Positions 18,151 through 27,474 of a stretch of DNA of 46,028 nucleotides are shown here, piece after piece (position 1 is the first letter of the stretch; each line of letters starts with the position of its first letter). The stretch is from Candidatus Undinarchaeota archaeon (GTDB lineage Archaea; Undinarchaeota; Undinarchaeia; Undinarchaeales; UBA543). The position numbers and the translations under genes were made by a program. The stretch is taken from the NCBI GenBank assembly GCA_964636545.1, contig CAZWSR010000006.1, positions 1 to 46,028 of the forward strand. Reading direction: 5' to 3'. The notes beneath the pieces were generated by a model. That model was not told where the DNA came from, searched no databases, and saw only the letters and a program-made list of their open reading frames with translations.

Positions 18151-18876
18151 ATGAGAACTGTTTTTTCCTTATACAAAATGTGTTTGGCGGTTGTGTTAGT
18201 AACACTAATTCCGTTTCTAAGCTTTTTTGCACTTCGCTTGCTAATGTCTGGTTTCAGCACTCCTGAAAAACGAGCACAAATAAAAGAATCATTAACAGGT
18301 TTTGTAACTTTCCTAATCGCAGTTCCAGTTGCTTATTTAGCATATGGAATTCTTGTTAAATTTTCTGGATTAATTTCACTTTATTTGCTTGGTTCATCAT
18401 TTTCAATTACAGGACTTACGAATTTTTCAGGCACGTTGATAAGCTTGCTATCTAGTGAAACACTTGTTGGAGTTTACAATACAGCAACGTTGTTTGCAAT
18501 GATAACAATTTCAATGCAGAGAATCTTACTGGTTTTGGGCGCTGTCCTTTTGCCAGTTTCATTAGCATTTGTTTTTCTTTCATCTGGTTCACTAAAAAAT
18601 CTGGGAAATTCATTATTGATGTTTTTCAGTATGATAATTTTTCTTCCAGTAATTGATTCATTAATTTTCCAATGTGCTGAACTCGCTATTCCAGTTGCTG
18701 AAAGTGCAGAATTCTTGGTTTTATCATCTTACTGGCTTGTTGCACTTGTAAATGTGCTTGTATTTTTCGCTGCATTCAGTATTTCAAAATCTGGATCTGG
18801 GGTTAAAGTTGTTAGAGGAGTTATTGAACTTGTGAAAAAGGAGGTACAATGTCTTACGAAATCCCACAAGCTTTGA
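18151..18876 (+). CDS. Polytopic membrane protein, VirB6/TrbL-like
   Basis: About six TMs; RILLVLGAVLLPVSLA resembles the VirB6 core; gene context. Confidence 0.5.
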   Translation: MRTVFSLYKMCLAVVLVTLIPFLSFFALRLLMSGFSTPEKRAQIKESLTGFVTFLIAVPVAYLAYGILVKFSGLISLYLLGSSFSITGLTNFSGTLISLLSSETLVGVYNTATLFAMITISMQRILLVLGAVLLPVSLAFVFLSSGSLKNLGNSLLMFFSMIIFLPVIDSLIFQCAELAIPVAESAEFLVLSSYWLVALVNVLVFFAAFSISKSGSGVKVVRGVIELVKKEVQCLTKSHKL

Positions 18877-19694
18877 AATATGAAGAAAAGGTGATTTTCG
18901 GGCTTACAATGAAACAGCTTGCTTATCTTGGAACAGCTGGACTATTGAGTGCAATTATTTTCAAAACACAATTTTCAATTTTTCTGAAAATTCCAGTTTG
19001 CTTATTACTGGTTTCGCTTGCAGGAACAATGGCATTTCTTAAATTAGACTCACGAATAGCAGATATGTTTAATTTTTACAAGAAAAAACAAAAACTTGGT
19101 TATTTTGATAAAGAACTTGGAAAACTAATACAAGTAAAAAGTGTTTCAGAAAATTGTATTTTACTTAAGGACAAATCACTAGTTGGAATTTTACAAGTTA
19201 GACCAACAAATTTTTCAATAAAATCAAAAAACGACAAAAACGCAATAATAAAAAATTTCCAGCAGTTTCTGAACTCTCTTGATTTTCCAATACAAATTCT
19301 TGTGCGAACTGTAAACGCCAATATTGATTTTTACATTGAACATTTAAGAACTTCAGTAAAAAAACAAGTGGAAAAGCGTAAGAATACTGGGCTTGAGCGG
19401 CTTTTCAATAATTATGTTGAGTTTTTGGAAGAATATTTGAAAGAAAATGCAGTGAAAAATAAATTGTTTTATGTTATTCTGAGGAGCAAAGAGCAGTCAG
19501 AAATTGAAACTCGACTAGATTTGTGCAGAGATGGTCTTGAAAAATGCGGATTAGCTTCAAAACAATTGAAAACTGGAGAGTTGATTAACCTGCTTTCAAG
19601 TTTTTTTGGATGCAATGTCAGAGTTGGCGATAATTATCTTTCTCCAATAACAATTTTCAAACATCCCGCTCAACAAAAAAATCAGCAATCTTAA
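18849..19694 (+). CDS. PrgI (VirB3-like) fused to a TraC/VirB4-associated domain
   Basis: YEIPQALKYEEKVIFGLTMKQL (PrgI-like), two TMs, then PTNFSIKS...FLNSLDFPIQI. No Walker A motif. Confidence 0.75.
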   Translation: MSYEIPQALKYEEKVIFGLTMKQLAYLGTAGLLSAIIFKTQFSIFLKIPVCLLLVSLAGTMAFLKLDSRIADMFNFYKKKQKLGYFDKELGKLIQVKSVSENCILLKDKSLVGILQVRPTNFSIKSKNDKNAIIKNFQQFLNSLDFPIQILVRTVNANIDFYIEHLRTSVKKQVEKRKNTGLERLFNNYVEFLEEYLKENAVKNKLFYVILRSKEQSEIETRLDLCRDGLEKCGLASKQLKTGELINLLSSFFGCNVRVGDNYLSPITIFKHPAQQKNQQS

Positions 19695-20625
19695 GAATTT
19701 CTGTTTTAGCTTCAGAAGCTGGCAAGACACCAAGTTTTTCTTTTGCTTCATTAACAAGCTTTACTGCATAGTCCTTTGCATATTGAATTGATCCAGATTT
19801 TTCAAGAATTTCAACAGCGCGATTAATCATTTCATCAGTTGTTGCTTCAATACTTGTTTTCAAAATTTCTAGAAGCTCTTTTTTATCTGCTTCTTCCAAA
19901 TTTTCAAGAGCATGACACACAATAACGGTTTTCTTGCCTTTTTTAATATCTGAACCCTTTGTTTTTCCAGTATTATCTGAAGCAAAATCAATATAATCAT
20001 CCCAAATCTGGTAAGCAAGACCAAGTTTTCTTCCTGCATCATAAATTTCATCCTGAACTTTCTCATCTTCACCTGCAATAACTGCACCAAGTTTGAGTGA
20101 AGTTGCAATATAACAACCAGTTTTCAGCACACTCATCCTGTAATAATCATCAAGTGTAATTGAATCGCGGTTTTCATACATCATATCAAGTGCCTGACCT
20201 TCACACATGTCCATAACACCTTTTGAGAAAGTTTTTAGAATTTCAGCTAAGTTTTCTCCAGTGTAATTTCCCATTGCTTCAATGCTTTTTGTGAAAATAC
20301 CATCACCCATGTTCATTGCTTGCCAATCACCAACTTGTTTCCACAAAGTAGGCAGACCTCTGCGAAAATCATCGCGGTCAGCAATATCATCATGAACTAA
20401 ACTAAATGCTTGAACAAGTTCAATTGCAGCTGCAACAGGAACTGCTTTTTGAATTTCTGTTCCAAGTGCCTCGCAAGTTAGCATGCAAAAAACAGGGCGA
20501 ACTCGCTTTCCTCCTGCAAAAATATGTTCCCTAATTGGATTGTAAAAATCCTCAAACTGGTTGGTTTCAAGGAGCTTTTTGAGCTCTTCATCTACTAATT
20601 TTTTGCATTTGTCTGTTGTTGTCAT
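19657..20625 (-). CDS. idsA: Polyprenyl diphosphate synthase (GGPP synthase type)
   Basis: GGKRVRP, SLVHDDIADRDDFRRG, GQALD, KTG and YQIWDD. Confidence 0.92.
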   Translation of the reverse strand: MTTTDKCKKLVDEELKKLLETNQFEDFYNPIREHIFAGGKRVRPVFCMLTCEALGTEIQKAVPVAAAIELVQAFSLVHDDIADRDDFRRGLPTLWKQVGDWQAMNMGDGIFTKSIEAMGNYTGENLAEILKTFSKGVMDMCEGQALDMMYENRDSITLDDYYRMSVLKTGCYIATSLKLGAVIAGEDEKVQDEIYDAGRKLGLAYQIWDDYIDFASDNTGKTKGSDIKKGKKTVIVCHALENLEEADKKELLEILKTSIEATTDEMINRAVEILEKSGSIQYAKDYAVKLVNEAKEKLGVLPASEAKTEILKIADFFVERDV

Positions 20626-21167
20626 TTTAATAATCGGAAGAGGCTTTTAAAAAACTCTAAATCTGTATCTATATCAGATTGTTCAGTTATTTTTCTACAA
20701 TAACCAAGATCAATTATATATGGTCGTTTATTTTTAATTCTAATATTCTGTGTTGCTATGTCTTTAATTGCGTAACCTAACTGGTGAATCTGGTTAATAG
20801 TTTCTAAAAGCATTTCTTTGCTTTCTTGGTTATTTTGTATGTCTTTAAATGAATGTGTTTTTTCAATATATTCTTTTTCAAGAAAAATCCCAATATTAGG
20901 GATTTCAAAATATTTTATGATGTGAGATACCCCAATTATGTTCGCTTCTTTGCACTTTTCTAAAACTTCTATTTCTTGTTTAATATGATTTACATATTTT
21001 TTAACACTTTTTGCTGAAAATTTAAGAATGAATTTTTCATTATCTCTGCGCATTAAACATACTTTTGAACGCACGCCTTTTTTTGCCTTTCCACCAACTT
21101 GAACATCACGATTCTCGTTAAGATACGCTTGCAATACAGGATCTTTGACTTTTCTTCCCCATTTCAT
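20622..21167 (-). CDS. Minimal protein-kinase-like protein (RIO/Bud32-like fold)
   Basis: ILKF (ATP Lys), QEIEVL (alphaC Glu), KDIATQNI catalytic loop and IIDLG. Confidence 0.7.
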   Translation of the reverse strand: MKWGRKVKDPVLQAYLNENRDVQVGGKAKKGVRSKVCLMRRDNEKFILKFSAKSVKKYVNHIKQEIEVLEKCKEANIIGVSHIIKYFEIPNIGIFLEKEYIEKTHSFKDIQNNQESKEMLLETINQIHQLGYAIKDIATQNIRIKNKRPYIIDLGYCRKITEQSDIDTDLEFFKSLFRLLK

Positions 21168-21221
21168 ACAAAAATATAAGTGATTGGTGTTAAATAAGTT
21201 AGTATTGGGGGGAAGAATTTC

Positions 21222-23009
21222 CTAATCAACAGTCAATGTCTTACTCAAGTTCCGTGGAAAATCAGGATTTAAATCAAGGTTCTTGCTTGCGTAATAAGAA
21301 ATCAATTGAGCTGAAACTGTTGCTAAAATTGGGAACAAAATTTGTGAGCTTTTTGGGATTTTCACAAAAGATGTTGCATATTTCTGCAAAACTTCATTAT
21401 CCTCAGCAATTATCAATGCTTTTCCATCTCTGCAAGCAACTTCATTAATATGGCTAATCATTATGTCAATATTGTCAGGAGCAGTAATGAAAGCAACGGG
21501 ATAATCTGCGACAACTGCACTAAGTGGGCCATGTTTGAATTCTGAACTGAAAATACCCTCACAGTGCATGTAAGTTATCTCTTTTAGCTTGAGAGCACCT
21601 TCTTTTGCAACTGGATGCGTTATTCCATATCCAAGATAATACAATTCTTTCCAACCACGCAGGTGTTCGGCCATTTCTTTGCTTGTTGATTCTGTCTCTT
21701 CAATGGTTTTTTGAATAAGTTCAGGAAGTTTTGAAAGCTCAGCAATATCTTCTCCACCTTCGCGCATTGCAAGATACAAGAACATTATTGCCTGATTCAG
21801 GAAAGTTTTAGTTGCAGGAACTGAAATTTCATAACCGCAAGCAATTGGCAAATAAACATCTGAAATATTCATTAAAGTTGAGCCAAGAACATTCAGCATT
21901 CCAAGAACTTTGCATCCTTTTTCTTTTGCAAATTTCAGTGCATCAAGCACATCTTTGGTTTCTCCGCTCTGGCTCACAAAAACCACAACATCTTCTGATG
22001 ACAAGGAGTTTCCATATTCTTCAGTAAATTGCTGAGGAAGTGATGGAATTGCCCTGCGTTTTGCGATTTTATTAAAATAATAAGAACCCAGCATGCAAGC
22101 ATGATAGCTTGTTCCGCAACCAACAAAATAAAGCCCTCTTGCATTCTTGATTGCATCAACAAATGGTTCAACAAATTTTGAGCTGTTTAGCAAATCAATC
22201 AAGTCCCTTGCCCTGTCTGGTTGCTCGTGAATTTCTTTTAGCATGAAATGGTCGTAACCGCCTTTTTGAGCAGAATCCATTGTTTCAGTGTGGGTAAATG
22301 GTTCTCTTTCAACTTTCTCACCAGTATCTGCTCTACAAAACTCAACTTTTCCTGGCTCAATAACGGCAATATCGCCATCCTGCATACTAATTATTTCATT
22401 TGTAAGTGGAAGAATTGAAGGAACATCTGAAGAGCAGTATGATTCATTTTCAGTAACTGCAACAACTAATCCAGATCCTTTTTTAATTGCATAAAGTTTG
22501 TTTTCAATTTTATTAAAGAAAATAAGTGCATAATCGCCTTTCAGTTCTTTGTAAGCTAACTGGATACTTTCCAGCATTGTTTTGCCTTTTCGCATGTGTT
22601 CTGCAACAATATGAACACAAACTTCACCATCATTAGTACTTTCTATATTGTGCCCTTCTTTCAAAAGCATTTCACGCAATTGAAGAGTATTTACAACATT
22701 ACCGTTTTCAGCGCCAACAATTTCCTTTTTGCAATCCATAAATGGCTGTGCATTAACTTGTGCAGGAGCTCCAAAAGTAGCCCATCTAAGCTGAGTTATC
22801 CCGCGCTTGCCTTTCATTTCAGCAAAATTAAGTGATTCACTAACTTCCTCTACTTTGCCAATATCTTTTCTAAGATCAATATCATTACTTGAAAAAGTAG
22901 CTGCGCCAACTGAATCATAACCGCGATAAGCTAATCGTTTTCCAGCCTCAGTCAGTATAGGACCAAGTATTTTCTCCTCTTTTGAAACAATTCCAAATAT
23001 GCCACACAT
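21222..23009 (-). CDS. glmS: Glutamine-fructose-6-phosphate transaminase
   Basis: MCGIFG, YRGYDS, RWAT, SQSGET, EGALKLKE and PRNLSKTLTVD. Confidence 0.96.
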   Translation of the reverse strand: MCGIFGIVSKEEKILGPILTEAGKRLAYRGYDSVGAATFSSNDIDLRKDIGKVEEVSESLNFAEMKGKRGITQLRWATFGAPAQVNAQPFMDCKKEIVGAENGNVVNTLQLREMLLKEGHNIESTNDGEVCVHIVAEHMRKGKTMLESIQLAYKELKGDYALIFFNKIENKLYAIKKGSGLVVAVTENESYCSSDVPSILPLTNEIISMQDGDIAVIEPGKVEFCRADTGEKVEREPFTHTETMDSAQKGGYDHFMLKEIHEQPDRARDLIDLLNSSKFVEPFVDAIKNARGLYFVGCGTSYHACMLGSYYFNKIAKRRAIPSLPQQFTEEYGNSLSSEDVVVFVSQSGETKDVLDALKFAKEKGCKVLGMLNVLGSTLMNISDVYLPIACGYEISVPATKTFLNQAIMFLYLAMREGGEDIAELSKLPELIQKTIEETESTSKEMAEHLRGWKELYYLGYGITHPVAKEGALKLKEITYMHCEGIFSSEFKHGPLSAVVADYPVAFITAPDNIDIMISHINEVACRDGKALIIAEDNEVLQKYATSFVKIPKSSQILFPILATVSAQLISYYASKNLDLNPDFPRNLSKTLTVD

Positions 23010-23092
23010 GATATTTCCGTTCCTGAAGTGAATATATAACCTTTACTAAAATATTTATACTAGTATTTTAAACAAATTTGTAGTGGTTTAAG

Positions 23093-24004
23093 ATGCAAGT
23101 TGTAAAAAGAACAGGAAAAAACGTACTTTCGGTCTCTGCAAAAGAGATAAGCGGCACCCAACTTAAGAGCTTAAGCTCGGACCTGGCGCAGAAGGTATTA
23201 AAAATTCTTTCAAAGCAAGAGAATTATCCCAAAGAGGTTGCAAAACAACTCAAAATGCACGAGCAAAAAGTGTATTATCATATCCGTAATCTTGAGAAAG
23301 CTGGAATTATCAAGGTTATTCGCGAGGAAACTCGACAAGGTGCAACTGCAAAATACTATGCTCTTTGTGATTCTGCATTTGTTATGCGATACAAGGAATT
23401 TAAGGATGCTAAAAAAATTGCTGAAGACACTGTTGACTTACAGCCATTTGTATCAAATGGAGAATTGCATTCAACAATTGTTATTGGAAGTCCGTTTTCA
23501 CATGGTCCAGAACGCTCACAATCAAGAGATGGCTATTATGGTGTAGATCTTGCACTCTTTTTAGGTACTTTCCTGACGCATTTGCCTGACTCAAAAGTTA
23601 AAATGGATACTGAGATGAAGCCAGAGGACTTGAAAGAAAACTTGATTCTACTCGGCGGACCTGCTGTTAACAAGATTTTGGAAAGAGTGAACAGCAAACT
23701 TCCAATACGCTTTGTAAAAGACAAAAAATGGTATATTTATTCAAGATTTTCAAAAAAGAAATATGATGCTGATGAATGTGGAATGGTGATTGAAGCTGAA
23801 AATCCATTTGCAAAAGGAAAACGACTTTTGATTATTGCAGGAATTCGATATTCTGGAACAAAATCTGCTGTTCTTGCCTTGATAAAAGGCTTTAACAAAT
23901 TTGTTAAAGGAAATAAATTCAATAAAAAAGCAAAAGCCAGTGTAATTGAGGGAGTTGATGCAGATTCAGATGGAATCCTTGACACTGTGGAGTTTTTGGA
24001 GTAA
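23093..24004 (+). CDS. ArsR/TrmB-like HTH regulator with a C-terminal alpha/beta domain
   Basis: EQKVYYHIRNLEKAG HTH; NLILLGGPAVN and IAGIRYSGT. Divergent from glmS. Confidence 0.75.
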   Translation: MQVVKRTGKNVLSVSAKEISGTQLKSLSSDLAQKVLKILSKQENYPKEVAKQLKMHEQKVYYHIRNLEKAGIIKVIREETRQGATAKYYALCDSAFVMRYKEFKDAKKIAEDTVDLQPFVSNGELHSTIVIGSPFSHGPERSQSRDGYYGVDLALFLGTFLTHLPDSKVKMDTEMKPEDLKENLILLGGPAVNKILERVNSKLPIRFVKDKKWYIYSRFSKKKYDADECGMVIEAENPFAKGKRLLIIAGIRYSGTKSAVLALIKGFNKFVKGNKFNKKAKASVIEGVDADSDGILDTVEFLE

Positions 24005-24756
24005 TGGAATTAATAGATGCTCACTGTCATTTGAATGCAATGCAATTTGATAGGGACAGAGATGTTGTAGTGCAACACTCGCTTGATGCTGGTTTAGTAG
24101 CAATTCTAGATTCAGGAGAATCGCTTCAGGAAAATGAAAAATCGTGTGAACTTTCTGTGAAATATCCAGTAATAAAACCTTGTGCAGGTTTTAGTCCAAA
24201 GAATTTGAAGCAAACAGAAGCAAAATTAGTTCAAGATTATATTCGTGCAACAGCTGAAAAGTTTACTGCAATTAGTGAAGTTGGTTTAGATTACTGGTGC
24301 GTTAAGGAAGAAGCAGGTAGAAAAAAGCAAAGAGACATTTTTGAAGGTTTTGTAAAACTCGCAGTTGAACTTGACAAACCAATTGTTGTGCATTCCCGTT
24401 CTGCTGGAAAATATGCAATTGATATTTTGAAAAAATGTAACGCAACTAAAGTTTGTATGCATGCTTTTGATGGTTCTGCACAAAATGCAATGCTTGGCGT
24501 AGAAGCTGGTTATTATTTTTCAATACCACCGTCAATTGTACGGTCTGATCAAAAAAAGAAACTTGTTGAAAAAGTTCCTATTGAAAATATTTTACTTGAA
24601 AGTGATGCACCGTCACTTGGTCCTGAGCAAGGAAAGAAAAATGAGCCAAAAAATATTTTAGTTTCACTAAGAGAAGTTGCAAAAATCAAGGGTTTGAGTA
24701 AAGAAGAGGTTGCAAGGATTACAACTGAGAATGCTAGAAAGTTGTTTAAGTTTTGA
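24004..24756 (+). CDS. tatD: TatD-family nuclease
   Basis: DAHCH, EVGLDY, VHSR and LESDAP. Confidence 0.92.
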   Translation: MELIDAHCHLNAMQFDRDRDVVVQHSLDAGLVAILDSGESLQENEKSCELSVKYPVIKPCAGFSPKNLKQTEAKLVQDYIRATAEKFTAISEVGLDYWCVKEEAGRKKQRDIFEGFVKLAVELDKPIVVHSRSAGKYAIDILKKCNATKVCMHAFDGSAQNAMLGVEAGYYFSIPPSIVRSDQKKKLVEKVPIENILLESDAPSLGPEQGKKNEPKNILVSLREVAKIKGLSKEEVARITTENARKLFKF

Positions 24757-24759
24757 GAA

Positions 24760-24843
24760 GGTAGTGGGCAGGAGGCACTAGGCAGTGGGAACCAAACTAC
24801 TACCTACAACCCACCACCTACCACCTGAACCAATTTAACAAAT
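24760..24843 (+). repeat. Heptamer palindrome element (GGCAGTG/CACTACC type) plus TGAACCAATTTAACAAAT anchor
   Basis: ggtagtg ggcagga ggcacta ggcagtg / tactacc tacaacc caccacc taccacc, then tgaaccaatt. Confidence 0.85.
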
Positions 24844-24897
24844 ATGACATATGTCAGTAACACTTATATACCAAAAACTTCACGGGAAATAGTCTGA

Positions 24898-25572
24898 ATG
24901 AACCAGAAAAATTTCCTATTATTGGCGTTATTGATAGCAGTGCCAATGCTAATTTACTTAACTGCAGATATGGTAGTTGCTCGTGGTTTTGGCGGAGATG
25001 TAGGACCTACTGCTTTCATGACTTTTGATTATGTTTCAGATAACTGGAATTCTTATGAATATGGCTTTTTTGAAGCAAGAACAGGAAATTGCGAACCAGA
25101 AAAATATACTTCTTCTCCAAGAATGCGATCATTTGAAACAAGTTTAGAAATTAATGAACTTGCACAAAGGATTGTTGGAGATTCAATAAATGAGCGCGAG
25201 AAAACATACAAAGTATTTGAATATGTTTCTGAAAATGTTCTGTATACCATTTACACTGATTTGTGGAGAAACCCAACTGAAGTTCTTGAAACAATGGATG
25301 GCGACTGCACAGACAAATCAATTTTGATGGTTACTTTACTTGATGAAATTGGAGTTGAATCATATGTTGTTTATGGTGGAGAATCTGAACTTGATACTCA
25401 GCATGCTTGGGTTGTTGCAAGTATTGACGGAACCTGGTTTGAAGTTGACGCAACTTCAGATGATTTTTATTCAGTTTACAAATGCAAAAAGGATATTGAG
25501 TGCGCAAATGAGAAATATTATAATTCTGTATTAGGATTGTTTGGGTCTGAAGTAGCTCTTGAGTGTAAGTAA
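24898..25572 (+). CDS. Exported transglutaminase-like cysteine protease
   Basis: N-terminal TM; GDCTD, HAWV and VDAT triad. Confidence 0.85.
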   Translation: MNQKNFLLLALLIAVPMLIYLTADMVVARGFGGDVGPTAFMTFDYVSDNWNSYEYGFFEARTGNCEPEKYTSSPRMRSFETSLEINELAQRIVGDSINEREKTYKVFEYVSENVLYTIYTDLWRNPTEVLETMDGDCTDKSILMVTLLDEIGVESYVVYGGESELDTQHAWVVASIDGTWFEVDATSDDFYSVYKCKKDIECANEKYYNSVLGLFGSEVALECK

Positions 25573-25573
25573 T

Positions 25574-27448
25574 TCACTTCAAAACTTCTTTCCGCAACAG
25601 CTCCATAACCTGCTTTCCATCAGCTTTTCCACGAACTTCTTTCATAACAAGTCCCATTAATGGCTGAATTGCTCGTTCTCCTTTCTCATCAATCATTTTC
25701 TTGTGCTTTTTAACAATATCCCGAACTATTTTATCCAACGCACCTGTTTTAATGCTTCCAGCACCTGCTTTCTTTGTAATTTCATCAATTTTCAGCTCTG
25801 GTTTTTTGTACCAGGCTTCCAGAATCTGCGGAATTGCACCTTTGCTGAACTTTCCTGCAACAAGTGATTTGAACAACGCCCGCAAATGACCTTCTGACAA
25901 ATCAGCTTCGGAATCAGCATCTTTTTGAGAATTTTTCAAAGTTGCAGTAAGTGTTGTTGCAATTAAAGTTGGATCAGCTTTTGTTTTAATAAGTTCATTG
26001 AAAAGATCAAAGAATTTTGAACGATAAATTGTTTCAGCTAATCCATGCGACATTTTGTGCTTCTTGCTCAAGTTTTCAATTTGTTTCCAAGGTAATTCAG
26101 GAAGTTTCTTTTGCAATTCATCTAAATATTTTTTAGTAACACGAATTGCTGGCAAATCAGTTTCAGGATACATTCTAGATTTGCCAGGAAGTGGTCGCAA
26201 ATAAGTTGAAGTTCCATCCATTTGCGCTTTTCTAGTTTCTTCAGGAACACCATCAAATGCCATATTCACTCGAGTTATTGCTGCATTAACGCATTTTTCA
26301 CATCTTTCAGGTGATTCAGCAATTAAAATAAATCCATCTTCTTTTTTACAAGCCAGTTTTTTCCGCAAATCCGTAACTTCAGTTTCAGTAATACCGTAAT
26401 TTGGCAGTTCATCACTGTGGAAAAGTCCTTTTGCACCTAGTGCTTTTGCGTAGTCAGATAATTCAGAACCAAGCCGACGCCCTGGCTGGACTTCTTTTCC
26501 AAGTAATCCATTGAATTTTGGAAGTTTAACAGCAAAAACAACTCCTTTTTTCTCAAGTGAATGTTTGATTACTTTTGCTTTTGTTTTTCGGAATAATTCA
26601 GTAACATTCTGAGCCCCTGTGCCCCTGTGCCCCTGTGCCCCCCGCTTCTTCAATTCATCTCGAATTTCCAGCAACCTAACTTGCCTCAAAACCTCATGTT
26701 CAACCTGCTTGCTCAGCATATTCAAATCTTGAACCCCTTTTAATTCAACTCGAGCTCCGTCCCTAATTGAAATATTCAAATCCTGTCGAATTGTTCCAAT
26801 CCCGCGCTTTACTTTCTTTGTTGCACGCAAAATATCTCCAAGTCCGCGAGCAACTTTACGAGCTTCTTCAGGAGTGTGAATACATGGATCAGTTGCCATT
26901 TCAATTAGTGGAATTCCCAAACGATCCAAATTGTAGATTGTTTTGCCTTCTTCTTCACCGATTTTACGAGCTGCATCTTCTTCAATACAAACACTGAGAA
27001 TTTTAACATCAATTCCGTCAATGTCAATTTGACCATCTTCGGCAACAAGTGAAGTTCTTTGAAATCCAGAAACATTTGAGCCATCAATAACTGTTTTGCG
27101 CATTACAAATGCTTCATCAAAAATATTGCAGTTCAGCATAAGCGAAACCAAGTGAACTGTTTCAAGTGCTTCAGAGTTTATTAGATTTGGTGGCTGTTCA
27201 TCAATTTCAACAAGACAATTGCAATCAGACCAACCATGATAAGTGTAAGAATGGCCTTTCAAATATGCCTGCAGAGCAGCTGGATCAATTAATCCAGTTT
27301 CTCCAGCAACTGGACGCAGGTTTCTGCTTATTTTGAAATTCGGAGTACCTTCTTTGAGAAGTGAAGGACAATTACAGAATAATTTAGCAGTATCTAATTG
27401 TTGGTGAATTTCTAGTCCTGCCTTTAGTCCAAGTTTCTTATAATCCAT
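25574..27448 (-). CDS. gatE: Glutamyl-tRNA(Gln) amidotransferase subunit E
   Basis: GLEIHQQL, RKTVIDGSNVSGFQRT, GTIRQD and RMYPETD. Start MDYKK at 27448. Confidence 0.96.
   Translation of the reverse strand: MDYKKLGLKAGLEIHQQLDTAKLFCNCPSLLKEGTPNFKISRNLRPVAGETGLIDPAALQAYLKGHSYTYHGWSDCNCLVEIDEQPPNLINSEALETVHLVSLMLNCNIFDEAFVMRKTVIDGSNVSGFQRTSLVAEDGQIDIDGIDVKILSVCIEEDAARKIGEEEGKTIYNLDRLGIPLIEMATDPCIHTPEEARKVARGLGDILRATKKVKRGIGTIRQDLNISIRDGARVELKGVQDLNMLSKQVEHEVLRQVRLLEIRDELKKRGAQGHRGTGAQNVTELFRKTKAKVIKHSLEKKGVVFAVKLPKFNGLLGKEVQPGRRLGSELSDYAKALGAKGLFHSDELPNYGITETEVTDLRKKLACKKEDGFILIAESPERCEKCVNAAITRVNMAFDGVPEETRKAQMDGTSTYLRPLPGKSRMYPETDLPAIRVTKKYLDELQKKLPELPWKQIENLSKKHKMSHGLAETIYRSKFFDLFNELIKTKADPTLIATTLTATLKNSQKDADSEADLSEGHLRALFKSLVAGKFSKGAIPQILEAWYKKPELKIDEITKKAGAGSIKTGALDKIVRDIVKKHKKMIDEKGERAIQPLMGLVMKEVRGKADGKQVMELLRKEVLK
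26610..26641 (-). repeat. Octamer tandem (GGGGCACA)x3 + GGGGCTCA inside gatE
   Basis: Seen directly; encodes GAQGHRGTGAQ. Confidence 0.9.
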
Positions 27449-27474
27449 TAGAATTGTGTTAAGTAGATGGGTTT

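Noticed and set aside
17164-19694. Complete integrative conjugative element or provirus
   Set aside because: No integrase, relaxase, VirB4/VirD4, capsid gene or visible att repeats.
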